64,000 nucleotides of DNA from Nitrospira sp. (GTDB taxonomy: Bacteria; Nitrospirota; Nitrospiria; Nitrospirales; Nitrospiraceae), in assembly GCA_047150005.1 (NCBI GenBank), contig AP038806.1, positions 3,744,001 to 3,808,000 on the forward strand, written 5' to 3'. Below are positions 49,123 through 59,321 of this stretch, one piece after another. A program made the translations under genes and the position numbers. Under the pieces are notes generated by a model. It made no database searches and was not told the origin of the DNA. It worked only from the letters and a program-made list of their open reading frames with translations. Each line of letters starts with the position of its first letter. Within the stretch, counting starts at the first letter, position 1.

Positions 49123-51516
49123 ATGGCCGCTTCGCCCGTTTCATCCCTCTCCGACGCAGCTGCGCAGCATATTGTGCAAGTCTTGGCCGCCGAGCTCAAC
49201 ATCCTCCCACATCAAGTATCATCCACCGTGGCCATGCTGGACGGAGGCGCGACCGTGCCCTTCATCGCCCGGTATCGGAAGGAGGCGACCGGCAACCTCG
49301 ACGATACGACGCTGCGAAACTTGGACGAGCGGTTGATCTATCTGCGCGAGCTCGAAGCGCGGCGTGCCTCGATCCTGGCCTCCATCGAGGAGCAGGGCAA
49401 GCTCACGGATGCCTTGCGGGCTGCCGTTGGAGCGGCAGATACGAAACAGGCGCTCGAAGATGTGTATCTGCCGTACAAACCCAAACGGCGCACGAAGGCC
49501 GACGTCGCACGCGAGGCGGGGCTCGAGCCCCTGGCTGATTCGCTGCTGGCAGACCCGACTCTGGATCCTGCGCAAGAGGCCGCCAAGTATGTCCGTGTGC
49601 CGGCAAGCGCCGATGGTGCCGACGCCAGCTCGGTTCCGGATGCGAAAGCGGCCCTCGAGGGCGCCCGTCATATCTTGATGGAACGATTTGCGGAGACTGC
49701 CGAACTGTTGGCGAAGCTGCGTGCGCGCCTGTGGGAGGAGGGGAGGCTGTCGTCGGCCGTCGTCCCGGGGAAAGAACTCGCCGAAGAAGAACAGTTTCGT
49801 GACTATTACGCCTCTGCGGAGCCGATCAAGAGCGTCCCGTCGCACCGCGCACTGGCGATGTTCCGTGGATGGCACCTCGGCGTGCTGAAACTCGAATTGA
49901 CCTTGGACGAGACGGCGGAGGCCATGGTGCCCCATCCCTGCACGGCGATGATTGCCGCGCACGTCGGGATCGTAGAGCGGGGCCGCCCGGCCGATGTCTG
50001 GCTCATGGAGGTCTGTCACTGGACCTGGCGGGTGAAAGTGCATCTGCAACTCACGACGGAACTGTTCCTTCGTTTGCGCGAGACGGCGGAGGCCGAGGCG
50101 ATCCGTGTCTTCGCCCGCAACCTGCACGATCTCTTGTTGGCGGCGCCAGCTGGGCCAAAAGTGGTGCTCGGCATCGATCCCGGGATTCGCACCGGCTGCA
50201 AAGTGGCGGTGGTGGATGCGACGGGGAAGCTGCTCGAGACCACGACGATCTATCCCCATCAGCCGAGAAACGACTGGCAGGGGTCGTTGGCGACGTTGCG
50301 GCAATTGGTCGATCGGTATCAGGTCCACTTGATTGCGATCGGGAACGGCACGGCCAGCCGCGAAACGGACAAGCTGGCAGCCGAACTCATCCGGCTCTCC
50401 GCCGACACGATGCCGGGACGCCAGCTTGCCAAGATCGTCGTGAGCGAGGCAGGCGCCTCGGTGTATTCCGCATCAGCGTTGGCCGCTGCGGAATTTCCCA
50501 GCCTGGACGTCAGTCTCCGGGGAGCGGTCTCGATCGCGCGCCGGCTCCAGGATCCGCTGGCCGAGCTGGTCAAGATCGAACCGAAGTCCATTGGCGTCGG
50601 CCAATACCAGCACGATGTCAATCAGCGCGCACTCGCACGGTCGCTCGATGCGACGGTGGAAGATTGCGTCAATGCCGTAGGCGTGGACGTGAACACGGCG
50701 TCGGTGCCGTTGCTCGCTCGGGTCTCCGGCTTGAACCAGACGTTGGCCAAGAACATCGTCGACTATCGGGATGCCCAAGGAGCGTTTCGAGATCGGCGCG
50801 CGCTGTGCAATGTGCCGCGGCTCGGTGAGAAGACGTTCGAGCAGGCCGCCGGCTTCCTGCGAATCAACGATGGCGACAATCCGCTGGACCGGTCCGCCGT
50901 GCACCCCGAGGCCTATCCGGTCGTCGAGCGCATTCTGAACCGGCTTGGCAAACCGATGCACGAGCTGATGGGCCAACGAGCACTGCTACAGGGCCTCTCG
51001 GCGGCGGACTTCATCGATGAGCGGTTCGGACTCCCGACGGTCCGCGACATCCTGACAGAGTTGGAAAAGCCCGGCCGGGACCCGCGTCCTGTCTTCAAAA
51101 CCGCTGTCTTCAAAGACGGCGTGGAAGCGCTGTCCGATCTCCAGCCCGGCATGGTCCTCGAGGGCGTGGTCACGAATGTGGCCGCCTTCGGCGCATTCGT
51201 CGACGTCGGCGTGCATCAGGACGGGCTCGTGCATGTCTCGGCGTTGGCCAATCGGTTCGTGAAAGATCCTCACGACGTCGTGAAGGCAGGCCAGGTCGTC
51301 AAGGTGAAAGTCTTGGAGGTTGATCCCAAGCGGCAACGCATCTCGTTGACGATGCGGTTAGATGAAGCGTCCGCTGTTCCGCGAGCGACGCGTGAGACGG
51401 GGCAGAAGACGTCCAACTCCGTGATGTCCGGCTCACGGTCTGGCTCTGCAGGTCCTTCTGCTCAACCAATGGGAGCCTTAGCCCAGGCGCTGGCGCGAGC
51501 CAAGGCGAAGCAGTGA
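49123..51516 (+). CDS. tex: Tex transcriptional accessory protein
   Basis: [49 protein letters not shown]-terminal S1 domain. Confidence 0.96.
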   Translation: MAASPVSSLSDAAAQHIVQVLAAELNILPHQVSSTVAMLDGGATVPFIARYRKEATGNLDDTTLRNLDERLIYLRELEARRASILASIEEQGKLTDALRAAVGAADTKQALEDVYLPYKPKRRTKADVAREAGLEPLADSLLADPTLDPAQEAAKYVRVPASADGADASSVPDAKAALEGARHILMERFAETAELLAKLRARLWEEGRLSSAVVPGKELAEEEQFRDYYASAEPIKSVPSHRALAMFRGWHLGVLKLELTLDETAEAMVPHPCTAMIAAHVGIVERGRPADVWLMEVCHWTWRVKVHLQLTTELFLRLRETAEAEAIRVFARNLHDLLLAAPAGPKVVLGIDPGIRTGCKVAVVDATGKLLETTTIYPHQPRNDWQGSLATLRQLVDRYQVHLIAIGNGTASRETDKLAAELIRLSADTMPGRQLAKIVVSEAGASVYSASALAAAEFPSLDVSLRGAVSIARRLQDPLAELVKIEPKSIGVGQYQHDVNQRALARSLDATVEDCVNAVGVDVNTASVPLLARVSGLNQTLAKNIVDYRDAQGAFRDRRALCNVPRLGEKTFEQAAGFLRINDGDNPLDRSAVHPEAYPVVERILNRLGKPMHELMGQRALLQGLSAADFIDERFGLPTVRDILTELEKPGRDPRPVFKTAVFKDGVEALSDLQPGMVLEGVVTNVAAFGAFVDVGVHQDGLVHVSALANRFVKDPHDVVKAGQVVKVKVLEVDPKRQRISLTMRLDEASAVPRATRETGQKTSNSVMSGSRSGSAGPSAQPMGALAQALARAKAKQ

Positions 51517-51779
51517 GGATAAAGAGCGGGTAGGGACTGCCTTGAAACTCAGGGTAGTCAGGCCGGCCACTTCGGCCCAACCAGAGCAGCAACGGCTTGA
51601 GTTCTGGTGATCAGGGCATTCCCGCGACCCCGCGACAGCGGGAATCCAGCGGGATGAAGCCAGATCAACTAAATAGTGGGATAGGTGCCGAGATCAGATC
51701 GTCTTTGCATGACGATATGGCTTCCCCGTTGACGTACCATCTGAAAACCGTGCTGTTCAAGAATCCGGCAGACCGCTTC

Positions 51780-51833
51780 GTGAGACTTCTGCTCGATACT
51801 TGCGTGTCTGGTGCCGCCATGGCTTCCCTGAGG
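51780..51833 (+). pseudogene. N-terminal stub of a DUF5615-like PIN protein
   Basis: GTG-RLLLDTCVSGAAMASLR, followed by the inverted-repeat element. Confidence 0.4.
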
Positions 51834-51838
51834 AAAGT

Positions 51839-51937
51839 AAAGGTGTCAGGAACCTTTCCTCTCGTCCGCACATGAACAAAGGACTCAGTCCATCAATCAA
51901 CTGTGATCGACTCAAGAGAATGGTTCCTGACACCTTT
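51839..51937. repeat. 99-bp element with perfect 16-bp terminal inverted repeats
   Basis: AAAGGTGTCAGGAACC (51839-51854) and GGTTCCTGACACCTTT (51922-51937). Confidence 0.8.
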
Positions 51938-51979
51938 GGAGTTGCATGGGGATGGGGAAGTTATGACGCGTAGAGTGGC

Positions 51980-52387
51980 CTACTTCTTCAGCGCGGCAAG
52001 AAATTGCGCGAGAGAGATGCTCTCGCAACCGCCATACTGTTTCAGTGCCAGGAGATGGCGATCGCCTGTGAGGACCCACTTTGCCTGCGCGGCATCGGCG
52101 CATTCCAAGATTCGATTGTCGGGTTCGTCCTTGAGGAAGTGAAGAGTGGGACGAGGCCGTAGCACGTTTGCCGTTTCACCGATGTCGTGAATCGCCTGCC
52201 GAACCTTGTCTTCCGTCCAATCGAATTTCAGTTGGAGGACTTTGGCGGTTTCGGTGAGGATGGCAACCGAGGTGAAGAGCTCAAACGTGCCACGGATGGC
52301 TTCGACATAGGCTTCGTGGGCATGGCCTCCGGGAATGGCAAAGGCTGAAATATAGATGTTCGTGTCGAAGACGACCCGCACGTTCAA
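51980..52387 (-). CDS. PIN-domain toxin
   Basis: VVFDTNIYISA, DEPDNRILECA, LTGDRHLL. Confidence 0.9.
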   Translation of the reverse strand: MNVRVVFDTNIYISAFAIPGGHAHEAYVEAIRGTFELFTSVAILTETAKVLQLKFDWTEDKVRQAIHDIGETANVLRPRPTLHFLKDEPDNRILECADAAQAKWVLTGDRHLLALKQYGGCESISLAQFLAALKK

Positions 52388-52629
52388 CGGCCTTGAAACA
52401 CGAGCTTTCCCACGTCGGCTTCGGTCAGGACGCCTTGCTTCCTCGCTTTCTTCGCGCCGTATCGCTGCAATTCGTGGAATTGTTCCTCGCGACGCTGACG
52501 CTCATACGATGTCAACATTTCCCGGAAGAGCTGGCTTTTATTCTTGGATTCAGCCCGAGCCAGTTTTTCAAAACTTTCAGCCAAATTGGATGGAAGTGAA
52601 ACAGTCACCGGAACTCGCCTGCGTTTCAT
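52384..52629 (-). CDS. RHH/CopG antitoxin
   Basis: VTVSLP..FEKLARAESKNKSQLFREML; GGAGG RBS; 4-bp overlap. Confidence 0.88.
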   Translation of the reverse strand: MKRRRVPVTVSLPSNLAESFEKLARAESKNKSQLFREMLTSYERQRREEQFHELQRYGAKKARKQGVLTEADVGKLVFQGR

Positions 52630-52982
52630 GAGCCCCTCCTGTATGACAAAATCATACAGTGATCAGATAGCCAAATCAATGTCGCAGGTTGATCGCTGGC
52701 GCCTGGGGGCAGATAAAGGGAGACATTGCCTGTCCCCCTTAATTCGCTCAGTTTGACTTCCTCTGCAGGACAGCGCAGCATGAGGCTCTCTCGCTCAAGC
52801 AAGAGGTGCTCTGTGCTGTTGTGCTGATCGGCGCGGCGCCTTCCCATTCTTCCGCTATTTTCTCATCGTCCGCTATTTTCTTACGCCCTGCCGGTGCATG
52901 CCGCCGGCAGGGCGTTGTTTTATCCGCTCGCCTCGTGAACGCCTCACGCCCCCTTCCTCTCACCTCAACCAAGGAGTCTGCA

Positions 52983-53207
52983 ATGGCACGCTTTCTCACA
53001 CTCTTGGCAATGGGAATATTTGCCTCCCCAACGCTGGCCTTGGCGGTTGAACATAACGCCGGATACCGGGGAATCGGGTACATCTATTTCAGCTTCATCG
53101 CCGCCGTTCTGATCTACGGCGTGTACGATTCCTTCGGCAAAATGGCCATGTACGTGATGACGCCGATCATCCTGGTCAGCCTCTTTCTGATGTTGCCGCC
53201 AGTTTAA
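52983..53207 (+). CDS. Small membrane protein
   Basis: AAGGAG RBS; signal-like leader plus two TM helices. Confidence 0.7.
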   Translation: MARFLTLLAMGIFASPTLALAVEHNAGYRGIGYIYFSFIAAVLIYGVYDSFGKMAMYVMTPIILVSLFLMLPPV

Positions 53208-53271
53208 TTTGGAGGAGACGGGAATAGGAAAGGGGTTAGGAGCCCTGACAGGCCCGCTCCTTCGGGGCTGC

Positions 53272-53437
53272 AGAAACAACGGGGACATTCTGGTTTCTAC
53301 GTCACACACCGTCGCGAGACCGCCGGTTGCATATCGGGGCATTCTGCTGATCCACCGAAGCAGAATCCACAGTGGCAGGACCTGTGGGAAGGGATGCGTT
53401 GAAGATGGGCCTGGATTCTCGCTTCCGCGGGAATGAC
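53272..53437 (+). repeat. Dispersed element copy 2 (no IS in its REP end)
   Basis: Direct repeat of 54330-54476 joined to 55517-55535. Confidence 0.85.
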
Positions 53438-53726
53438 AAACCGCAATGCTTCTGATGGGAGGAAAAAACGGGAACATTCTACTTTCCTTCAGTATCGTTC
53501 AGACCGGTCGGACTCGAGGTCGGGAGCGCATGGCCTGAAGACCGGGAGACTCCGGTCGGGTCTGCAGGATTCAGCGAACGATGCCTGGATTGGAAGCTCC
53601 GACGGCCTCAGCATCGGTGGACTCGCGTTCGACAAGACTTCCACCTAATCGATGGCGATGGATGGGGGGCAAGGACTCGAACCTCCGTGTGGTTCGAACC
53701 GCAGAGGAGGGTATGATGATCCGGCT

Positions 53727-53993
53727 TTACGCGGCAGAAGGCTTGTGAATATCCCATCCTGGGAAGACCAGCACAGCGGGATGACACCGAAGGACTCGCG
53801 CGAGAACTTTGGCTCGTTCCACTCCGAGATTCACGCTGTTATTTTCGATGGCGGAAATGGTGGATTGAGGAATCCCCGTCAATCGAGCCAACTGGCTCTG
53901 AGTCAATTCCTGCAGTTCGCGCACGATTCTGACGGACTCTCCCACCGATACGGCAATCCTAGGTCGTGCTGGACGAAAGACTTTGTTCTTCAT
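53727..53993 (-). CDS. XRE HTH antitoxin (HigA-like)
   Basis: RELQELTQSQLARLTGIPQSTISAIE. Confidence 0.88.
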   Translation of the reverse strand: MKNKVFRPARPRIAVSVGESVRIVRELQELTQSQLARLTGIPQSTISAIENNSVNLGVERAKVLARVLRCHPAVLVFPGWDIHKPSAA

Positions 53994-54274
53994 TACTGTC
54001 TCCTATAATCGTGGGCGGTTACATCGATCACCATGATCAGTACACGCTGTTCGTCTGCCTTGTAGATCACGCGATATTGATCACTGAGACGTGATGACCG
54101 GTGCTCTTTCCATTCGCCTTGCAGGCGCTCATCGTGAAATCCCTTTATCATTCGAAGTCCGAAGGGGCCTGAGAGGCGGACAATGTCTTTCCATTTCTCA
54201 TATCGTTTAAGGATTTCTTTTGGGAGACGATCTAGCCGCTTGGCCATGCGGCGATGTTCGAGAATCTCCCACAT
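53993..54274 (-). CDS. RelE/HigB-like mRNA interferase toxin
   Basis: GFHDERLQGEWKEHRSSRLSDQYRVIY; TAATG coupling to the antitoxin. Confidence 0.88.
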   Translation of the reverse strand: MWEILEHRRMAKRLDRLPKEILKRYEKWKDIVRLSGPFGLRMIKGFHDERLQGEWKEHRSSRLSDQYRVIYKADEQRVLIMVIDVTAHDYRRQ

Positions 54275-54329
54275 GTCGGACGGTCAGCTTATACCATATA
54301 TGATATGGACCTGCCAATCTCACGGGGGA

Positions 54330-54476
54330 GAAACAACGAGGAGATTCTGATTTTGGCGTCGCGCACCGTCGCGAGGCCGCCGGTTGCATGTCGGGGCATT
54401 TCTGCTGATCCGCCGAAGCAGAATCCACAGTGGCAGGAGCTGTGGGAAGGGATGCGTTGAAGATGGGCCTGGATTC
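54330..54476 (+). repeat. Dispersed element copy 3, its REP end interrupted by IS30 copy 2
   Basis: Continues after the IS as CCGCTTCCGCGGGAATGACGGAACTCCCAAACA. Confidence 0.85.
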
Positions 54477-55513
54477 CCTAGATTCACAAACGAAGTGCAA
54501 CACCTGTGGGGTAAGGTGTTGCAATGGGACGACACTATGCGCAGCTCTCCTTGGAAGACCGGTGTACGATTGCCCGGGCTCGCGAAGCCGGGCAAACCAT
54601 CCGCCAAATTGCAGCAGCTCTGGATCGCGCGCCATCGACCATTCTGCGGGAACTGAGGCGCAATCGCGGCGCCCAGGTGGGCTATGCGCCTGCCTATGCC
54701 CAGGAGCAGACCCGCAGCCGCCGCTGGCGCGGGAGTCGTCTGCTCCGGCAACCGGCGCTGCAGGCCCACGTCCTGCGCTGGTTGGGGCAGGGCTGGTCGC
54801 CCGCTCAAGTCGCCGGCCGGCTCAAGCGCGACGGCTGCGCGCTGCGCATCAGCTCCGAGTCGATCTACCGCTTCATCGCCAGCCAGATCCGCCGGACGAA
54901 AGACTATCGCTGGCGGCATTATTTGCCGCGGGGCAAAAGCAAACGCGGGTGGCGGGGGCGCAAAGGCGGCAGTGCCGTGGACCACATCCGCAGCCGCGTC
55001 CCCATTAGCGAGCGACCGGCGGCGATCCAGCAGCGGCAGGACCCTGGCCATTGGGAGGCCGATCTGATGCTGTTTGTGAAATATGGCCAGGCGGTCCTGG
55101 TGACGCAGGAACGCCGCTCGCGCGTGTTGGTGGCCAGCCGGCAACCCACGAAGGGGGCCCAGCCGGTGGCCGCCCGACTCACGGCGCTGTTTGCCGCCCT
55201 GCCTCCGGCCCTGCGCCGGACCATCACGTTCGATAACGGCACGGAGTTCGCGTATCACGATCAGCTGCACCCGCTCGGCATGCGCACCTACTTTTGTGAC
55301 CCGCATGCCCCGTGGCAAAAAGGGGGTATCGAAAACGGTATCGGCCGGATGCGCCGTGCCCTCCCCCGGAAAACTGACTTGGCCACGCTCTCCACCCGCC
55401 GCTTGCTGGCGCTGGTGCGGGCGTATAATCACACCCCGCGCAAGTGTCTCGACTATGAGACACCGGCCGAGGTGTTTACTCGTGATCTGTTGCACTTCAA
55501 ATGTGACTCCACC
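54477..55513 (+). mobile_element. IS30-family type B, copy 2
   Basis: Near-identical to copy 1, same target position. Confidence 0.93.
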
Positions 55514-55534
55514 TTCCCGCTTCCGCGGGAATGA
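54524..55534 (+). CDS. IS30-family transposase (copy 2)
   Basis: As copy 1; A>V change (LFVKY) and target-derived tail FPLPRE. Confidence 0.93.
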   Translation: MGRHYAQLSLEDRCTIARAREAGQTIRQIAAALDRAPSTILRELRRNRGAQVGYAPAYAQEQTRSRRWRGSRLLRQPALQAHVLRWLGQGWSPAQVAGRLKRDGCALRISSESIYRFIASQIRRTKDYRWRHYLPRGKSKRGWRGRKGGSAVDHIRSRVPISERPAAIQQRQDPGHWEADLMLFVKYGQAVLVTQERRSRVLVASRQPTKGAQPVAARLTALFAALPPALRRTITFDNGTEFAYHDQLHPLGMRTYFCDPHAPWQKGGIENGIGRMRRALPRKTDLATLSTRRLLALVRAYNHTPRKCLDYETPAEVFTRDLLHFKCDSTFPLPRE

Positions 55535-55708
55535 CGGAACTCCCAAACAGAGAAGAAGAAGGGACATGCTGGAACCTATCTCAAAATGGTTGTGTTGATG
55601 AAAGAAGTCCCTAGGGCGCGCGTTCCGCGAGCACAAGAGACACTCCGACCACCATGGCCTCCTCTCTGGGGTTGATTGCGCGGACGAAGTCTGGCACAAA
55701 GAACCACC

Positions 55709-56440
55709 ATGCCTGCCCTCGCTCTCATCCTCGTCTTCTTTTTCATTCTTTCCTGCGGCGGCAAGCCGTCACCACAAGCGACGCAGGAACCACAGTCCAC
55801 GGCGCACGTCGATACGGAAGATGACCGCATGCATGGTGACCATGAGGCCGAGGCGGTGCTCGCCATGGCCGACTCTCATGCCCATCTGGGACCGCATTTC
55901 CGGTGGACCACGCTTCGCCCGGCGAATCAGGCAGATCAGGCCACGGCCTGGGACTTCCTTCGGCACCTGCGACAGGCTTTGGCACCATTTCGTGAGTACC
56001 GCTTCGCCGAGGATGAGGGCTATGAACCATTCCTGCCGAACGTCAAACAGACGCACTATCACTTTACGCGCAAGATGAATGGATTCAAGGCGGCCTTCAG
56101 CTTCGATCCGAAGCAGCCAACCTCGCTGTTATACCGGGAGGTCCCTGGCGGCTATGAACTGGAAGGGGCGATGTTCACAGCTCCGAAGTGGGCGAGCGAA
56201 GAGGAGTTGAATAAACGGATTCCGCTGAGCGTGGCGCAGTGGCACAGGCATGTGAATATCTGCCTGCCGCAGAAAAAGGACATGCAGCACGCGGATTGGA
56301 AGAAGTTCGGCCCGAAGGGCTCAATCCTGACCAAAGCCGAATGCGATCAAGCCAATGGGCGCTTTCATCCGCAACTCTTCGGTTGGATGGTACACGTGTA
56401 TCCGTTCGCGGAGACCCCCGAGCAGATCTGGGGGCATTGA
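55709..56440 (+). CDS. His-rich hypothetical lipoprotein
   Basis: Lipobox LSC; HYHF, PTSLLY, WHRHVNIC, GWMVHVY; start uncertain. Confidence 0.7.
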   Translation: MPALALILVFFFILSCGGKPSPQATQEPQSTAHVDTEDDRMHGDHEAEAVLAMADSHAHLGPHFRWTTLRPANQADQATAWDFLRHLRQALAPFREYRFAEDEGYEPFLPNVKQTHYHFTRKMNGFKAAFSFDPKQPTSLLYREVPGGYELEGAMFTAPKWASEEELNKRIPLSVAQWHRHVNICLPQKKDMQHADWKKFGPKGSILTKAECDQANGRFHPQLFGWMVHVYPFAETPEQIWGH

Positions 56441-56833
56441 AGACACGACTCTGGTCTCCTATTCGACCACCGTGAATTCGTAACGAACGCCCTTGAGGGT
56501 CGCCAACAGTTCCGATGCATGATCACGTCCGCGAGTTTCGGCAGCGGTAGAGTGCTTCGACGCAAGCGGCCAAGCTGCTAGACAATTCGGTGAAGCGGAT
56601 GGTTCCCGCCTCAGAGACTGGCAAATAGATCACCTTCATTGCCTTTTACACACAGCGCTCCGGTCATGCTGAACCTAGTTTTGGATGAGACCGTTTCGAG
56701 CTTTGCGCCTACCTCAGCGGCTTCTTTGCTCTTTTCTCGCACCGATCGTCGTCCCGGCACTGCAGTACGAGTCTTGCTCATAGGCGATTGGTAGAAACTT
56801 CCCTGTTTCACTTTACGAGGGAGAGGCAAACTC

Positions 56834-57520
56834 ATGCGACACATGGCACAGAATGCTCTCATTCAGCATGCCCGCGGTTCCCTGTTGCGTCGCAGCATCG
56901 GCGTGGCTGTGATCATCGGCATGATGGGGGTGCTCCTGTCGACTGAGATCACCCTCGCGCTTCCTCTTCAGGCCCCCACGGAGTCGGTGAGAAGCACCAT
57001 CGCCGAGGTCTTCAGCATCCTTCGCAATGATGAATTGAAGAAGCCGTCCCGCGCCGCCGAACGACGGCAAGAAATCGAGCAGATCCTCAGGCACCGCGTG
57101 AGCTATGAAGAAATGGCCAAACATGCTCTGGGTCAGCCCTGGATCGATCTGACAGAAGGGGAGCGGAGTGAATTCGTGGATCTCTTCGTACAGGTACTCC
57201 GGGACAACTTCGCCGGGAAGATCGATGCCTATGTCAACGAACAGGTGGTTTACCTATCGGAACAACAGGACGCGCACTTTGCCGTCGTGCGCTCGAGGCT
57301 GATGGGTCACAGGGTTGATACACTCCTGGATTTCCGTTTGGTCGATCGGGCTGGTGAGTGGCTGGTGTACGACGTGATGGTGGACGGCGTGAGCATCGTC
57401 GGCAATTACCATGCGCAGTTCACGAAGATTATCCGCGACCATTCGTATGCGGATCTCCTGAGGAGAATGAAGGACAAAACGCTCGTGGTGAAAACGTTCG
57501 AAACGACTATGGCTCCCTAG
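56834..57520 (+). CDS. mlaC: MlaC/Ttg2D-family periplasmic phospholipid-binding protein
   Basis: MAKHALG..W..ERSEFVDLF, WLVYDVMVDGVSIVGNYHAQF. Confidence 0.85.
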   Translation: MRHMAQNALIQHARGSLLRRSIGVAVIIGMMGVLLSTEITLALPLQAPTESVRSTIAEVFSILRNDELKKPSRAAERRQEIEQILRHRVSYEEMAKHALGQPWIDLTEGERSEFVDLFVQVLRDNFAGKIDAYVNEQVVYLSEQQDAHFAVVRSRLMGHRVDTLLDFRLVDRAGEWLVYDVMVDGVSIVGNYHAQFTKIIRDHSYADLLRRMKDKTLVVKTFETTMAP

Positions 57521-57560
57521 CGCTTCCCGTTCTCTTCCTCTCTCGCCAATCTTCCTTGTC

Positions 57561-57600
57561 AATGAAGCTCCCCGCAGCAAGCTGCAGGGAGCTTCATTTT
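57561..57600 (+). terminator. Hairpin followed by T-run after the mlaC-like gene
   Basis: 12-bp stem AATGAAGCTCCC / GGGAGCTTCATT with inner GCAGCAAGCTGC; may also be a dispersed repeat. Confidence 0.55.
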
Positions 57601-57714
57601 CTCTCAAGCCCTCGCTTTGTCCCACTCTAGTTTTTCCTGCACACGAGTTTTACAATCGAGTGGTGAAATACGGTGCGTCGTCAGCTTGGCGTGCGCAAGC
57701 GAAAGGATAATTGT

Positions 57715-57975
57715 ATGGATACCAAACGGCCGTCCACGGACCAACCGGTTCTCTCACATATTCAGGAACTCGTCGAAGAGGAACATCGATTATTTGAGCA
57801 AGGTGAGCGCGGGACCGCCAAAGAGGCCGACCGTCGGAGACTCACTCAGGTGCAAGTCGAACTGGATCAGTGCTGGGACCTTCTCCGTCAACGCCGCGCC
57901 TTGCGTGACGCCGGCATGGATCCGGACATGGCACAGGTTCGCCCGGCTCAGGTGGTCGAGAACTACGAACAATAG
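57715..57975 (+). CDS. DUF2630-family protein
   Basis: IQELVEEEHRL..VELDQCWDLLRQRRA..VRP..VVENY. Confidence 0.85.
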   Translation: MDTKRPSTDQPVLSHIQELVEEEHRLFEQGERGTAKEADRRRLTQVQVELDQCWDLLRQRRALRDAGMDPDMAQVRPAQVVENYEQ

Positions 57976-58049
57976 GTCTCATACGGATCGGCCGGTTGCT
58001 GTGAACAGGATATGCCCCGTTCCGAAGTGTGTCGTGGAAGGAGGCCGTC

Positions 58050-59321
58050 ATGAAGGACGAGACGAAGGGGATGAACCGACGAGCATTTTTGCGCCACAGT
58101 GCGTCCCTCATGGCGATGGGAGCCGCGGGGCTCGCCGTGCCTGTTGTCCGCGCAGAACCGTCCGACCAGTCGCAAGATCCGATGCGCGAACCGGGGGCGT
58201 TGCCTCGTCCGTATGGAGAACGATCGCCGTTTGAGACAGCGCAGCGATGGGGAGCCGGCGGCCCCGGCTCCGCGCACGGTTGGGGAGCGAATGCCCCCAA
58301 TAACATCAACTCCACCGCGCCGCTTCAGGATCTGCACGGGATTGTCACGCCCTCCGCTCTGCACTTCGAACGACACCATAACGGTGTGCCGGCCATTGAC
58401 CCGGCCCGTCATCGCTTGCTGATTCACGGTCTGGTCGATCGACCGATGGTCTTCACGCTGAACGACCTCGAACGTGTTCCCTCCGTGTCACGACTCGTAT
58501 TTCTCGAATGCTCCGGCAACTCGTGGGATTGCTGGTCGGAGAAGGCCGCCGACTTTACCGTCCAAGAGTTGCACGGGCTGACCAGCACAAGCGAATGGAC
58601 GGGAGTGAAACTCTCGACGCTGCTGGAGCTGGTCGGCGTTCAACGCGGTGCGAGCTGGATGTTAGCAGAGGGAAGCGACGCCGCGGGTTTGGACCGGAGT
58701 GTGCCACTGACCCGCGAAGTTCTCGATGAGGCCATGATCTGTTATGGGCAGAATGGGGAAGCGTTGAGACCTGAGCAAGGCTATCCGATGCGCCTCCTGC
58801 TTCCCGGATACGAAGGCAATATCAATGTCAAGTGGCTGAGACGGCTGAAGCTTGGCACTGCTCCGTTCATGACGCGTTGGGAGACGGCCAAATATACCGA
58901 TCTCATGCCGGACGGAAAGGCCTATCAGTTCAGCCTCGTGATGGAGGCCAAGTCTGTGATTACCTCCCCCTCGGGCCGCCAACAGATCCAGCCGGGGTTC
59001 CACGAAATTCGCGGACTGGCCTGGAGTGGCCGTGGGCGCGTGACGAAAGCCGAGGTCAGTGTGGACGGCGGACGCACCTGGCAGCAGGCCCGCTTGCAGG
59101 AACCAGTCCTCCCCAAATGCCATACGCGTTTCAGATTGCCATGGAGGTGGGACGGACAAGAGGCGATCTTGCAATCCCGTTGCACGGACGAGACGGGCTA
59201 TGTCCAACCGACTCGTCAGGACCTCGTAAAAGTTCGTGGCACCAATTCCGTCTATCACTATAACGGCATTCAAAGCTGGAAGGTGGAACGCGATGGACAC
59301 GTACGGAACGTCTCTGTCTAA
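58050..59321 (+). CDS. soxC: Periplasmic molybdopterin sulfite dehydrogenase (SoxC/SorA-like)
   Basis: Tat motif NRRAFL; HFERHHNG, FLECSGN, LRPEQGYPMRLLLPGYEG, GLAWSGRG. Confidence 0.9.
   Translation: MKDETKGMNRRAFLRHSASLMAMGAAGLAVPVVRAEPSDQSQDPMREPGALPRPYGERSPFETAQRWGAGGPGSAHGWGANAPNNINSTAPLQDLHGIVTPSALHFERHHNGVPAIDPARHRLLIHGLVDRPMVFTLNDLERVPSVSRLVFLECSGNSWDCWSEKAADFTVQELHGLTSTSEWTGVKLSTLLELVGVQRGASWMLAEGSDAAGLDRSVPLTREVLDEAMICYGQNGEALRPEQGYPMRLLLPGYEGNINVKWLRRLKLGTAPFMTRWETAKYTDLMPDGKAYQFSLVMEAKSVITSPSGRQQIQPGFHEIRGLAWSGRGRVTKAEVSVDGGRTWQQARLQEPVLPKCHTRFRLPWRWDGQEAILQSRCTDETGYVQPTRQDLVKVRGTNSVYHYNGIQSWKVERDGHVRNVSV

Noticed and set aside
25543..55535. Classical integron
   Set aside because: No tyrosine-recombinase gene and no RYYYAAC...GTTRRRY attC pattern recognised by eye
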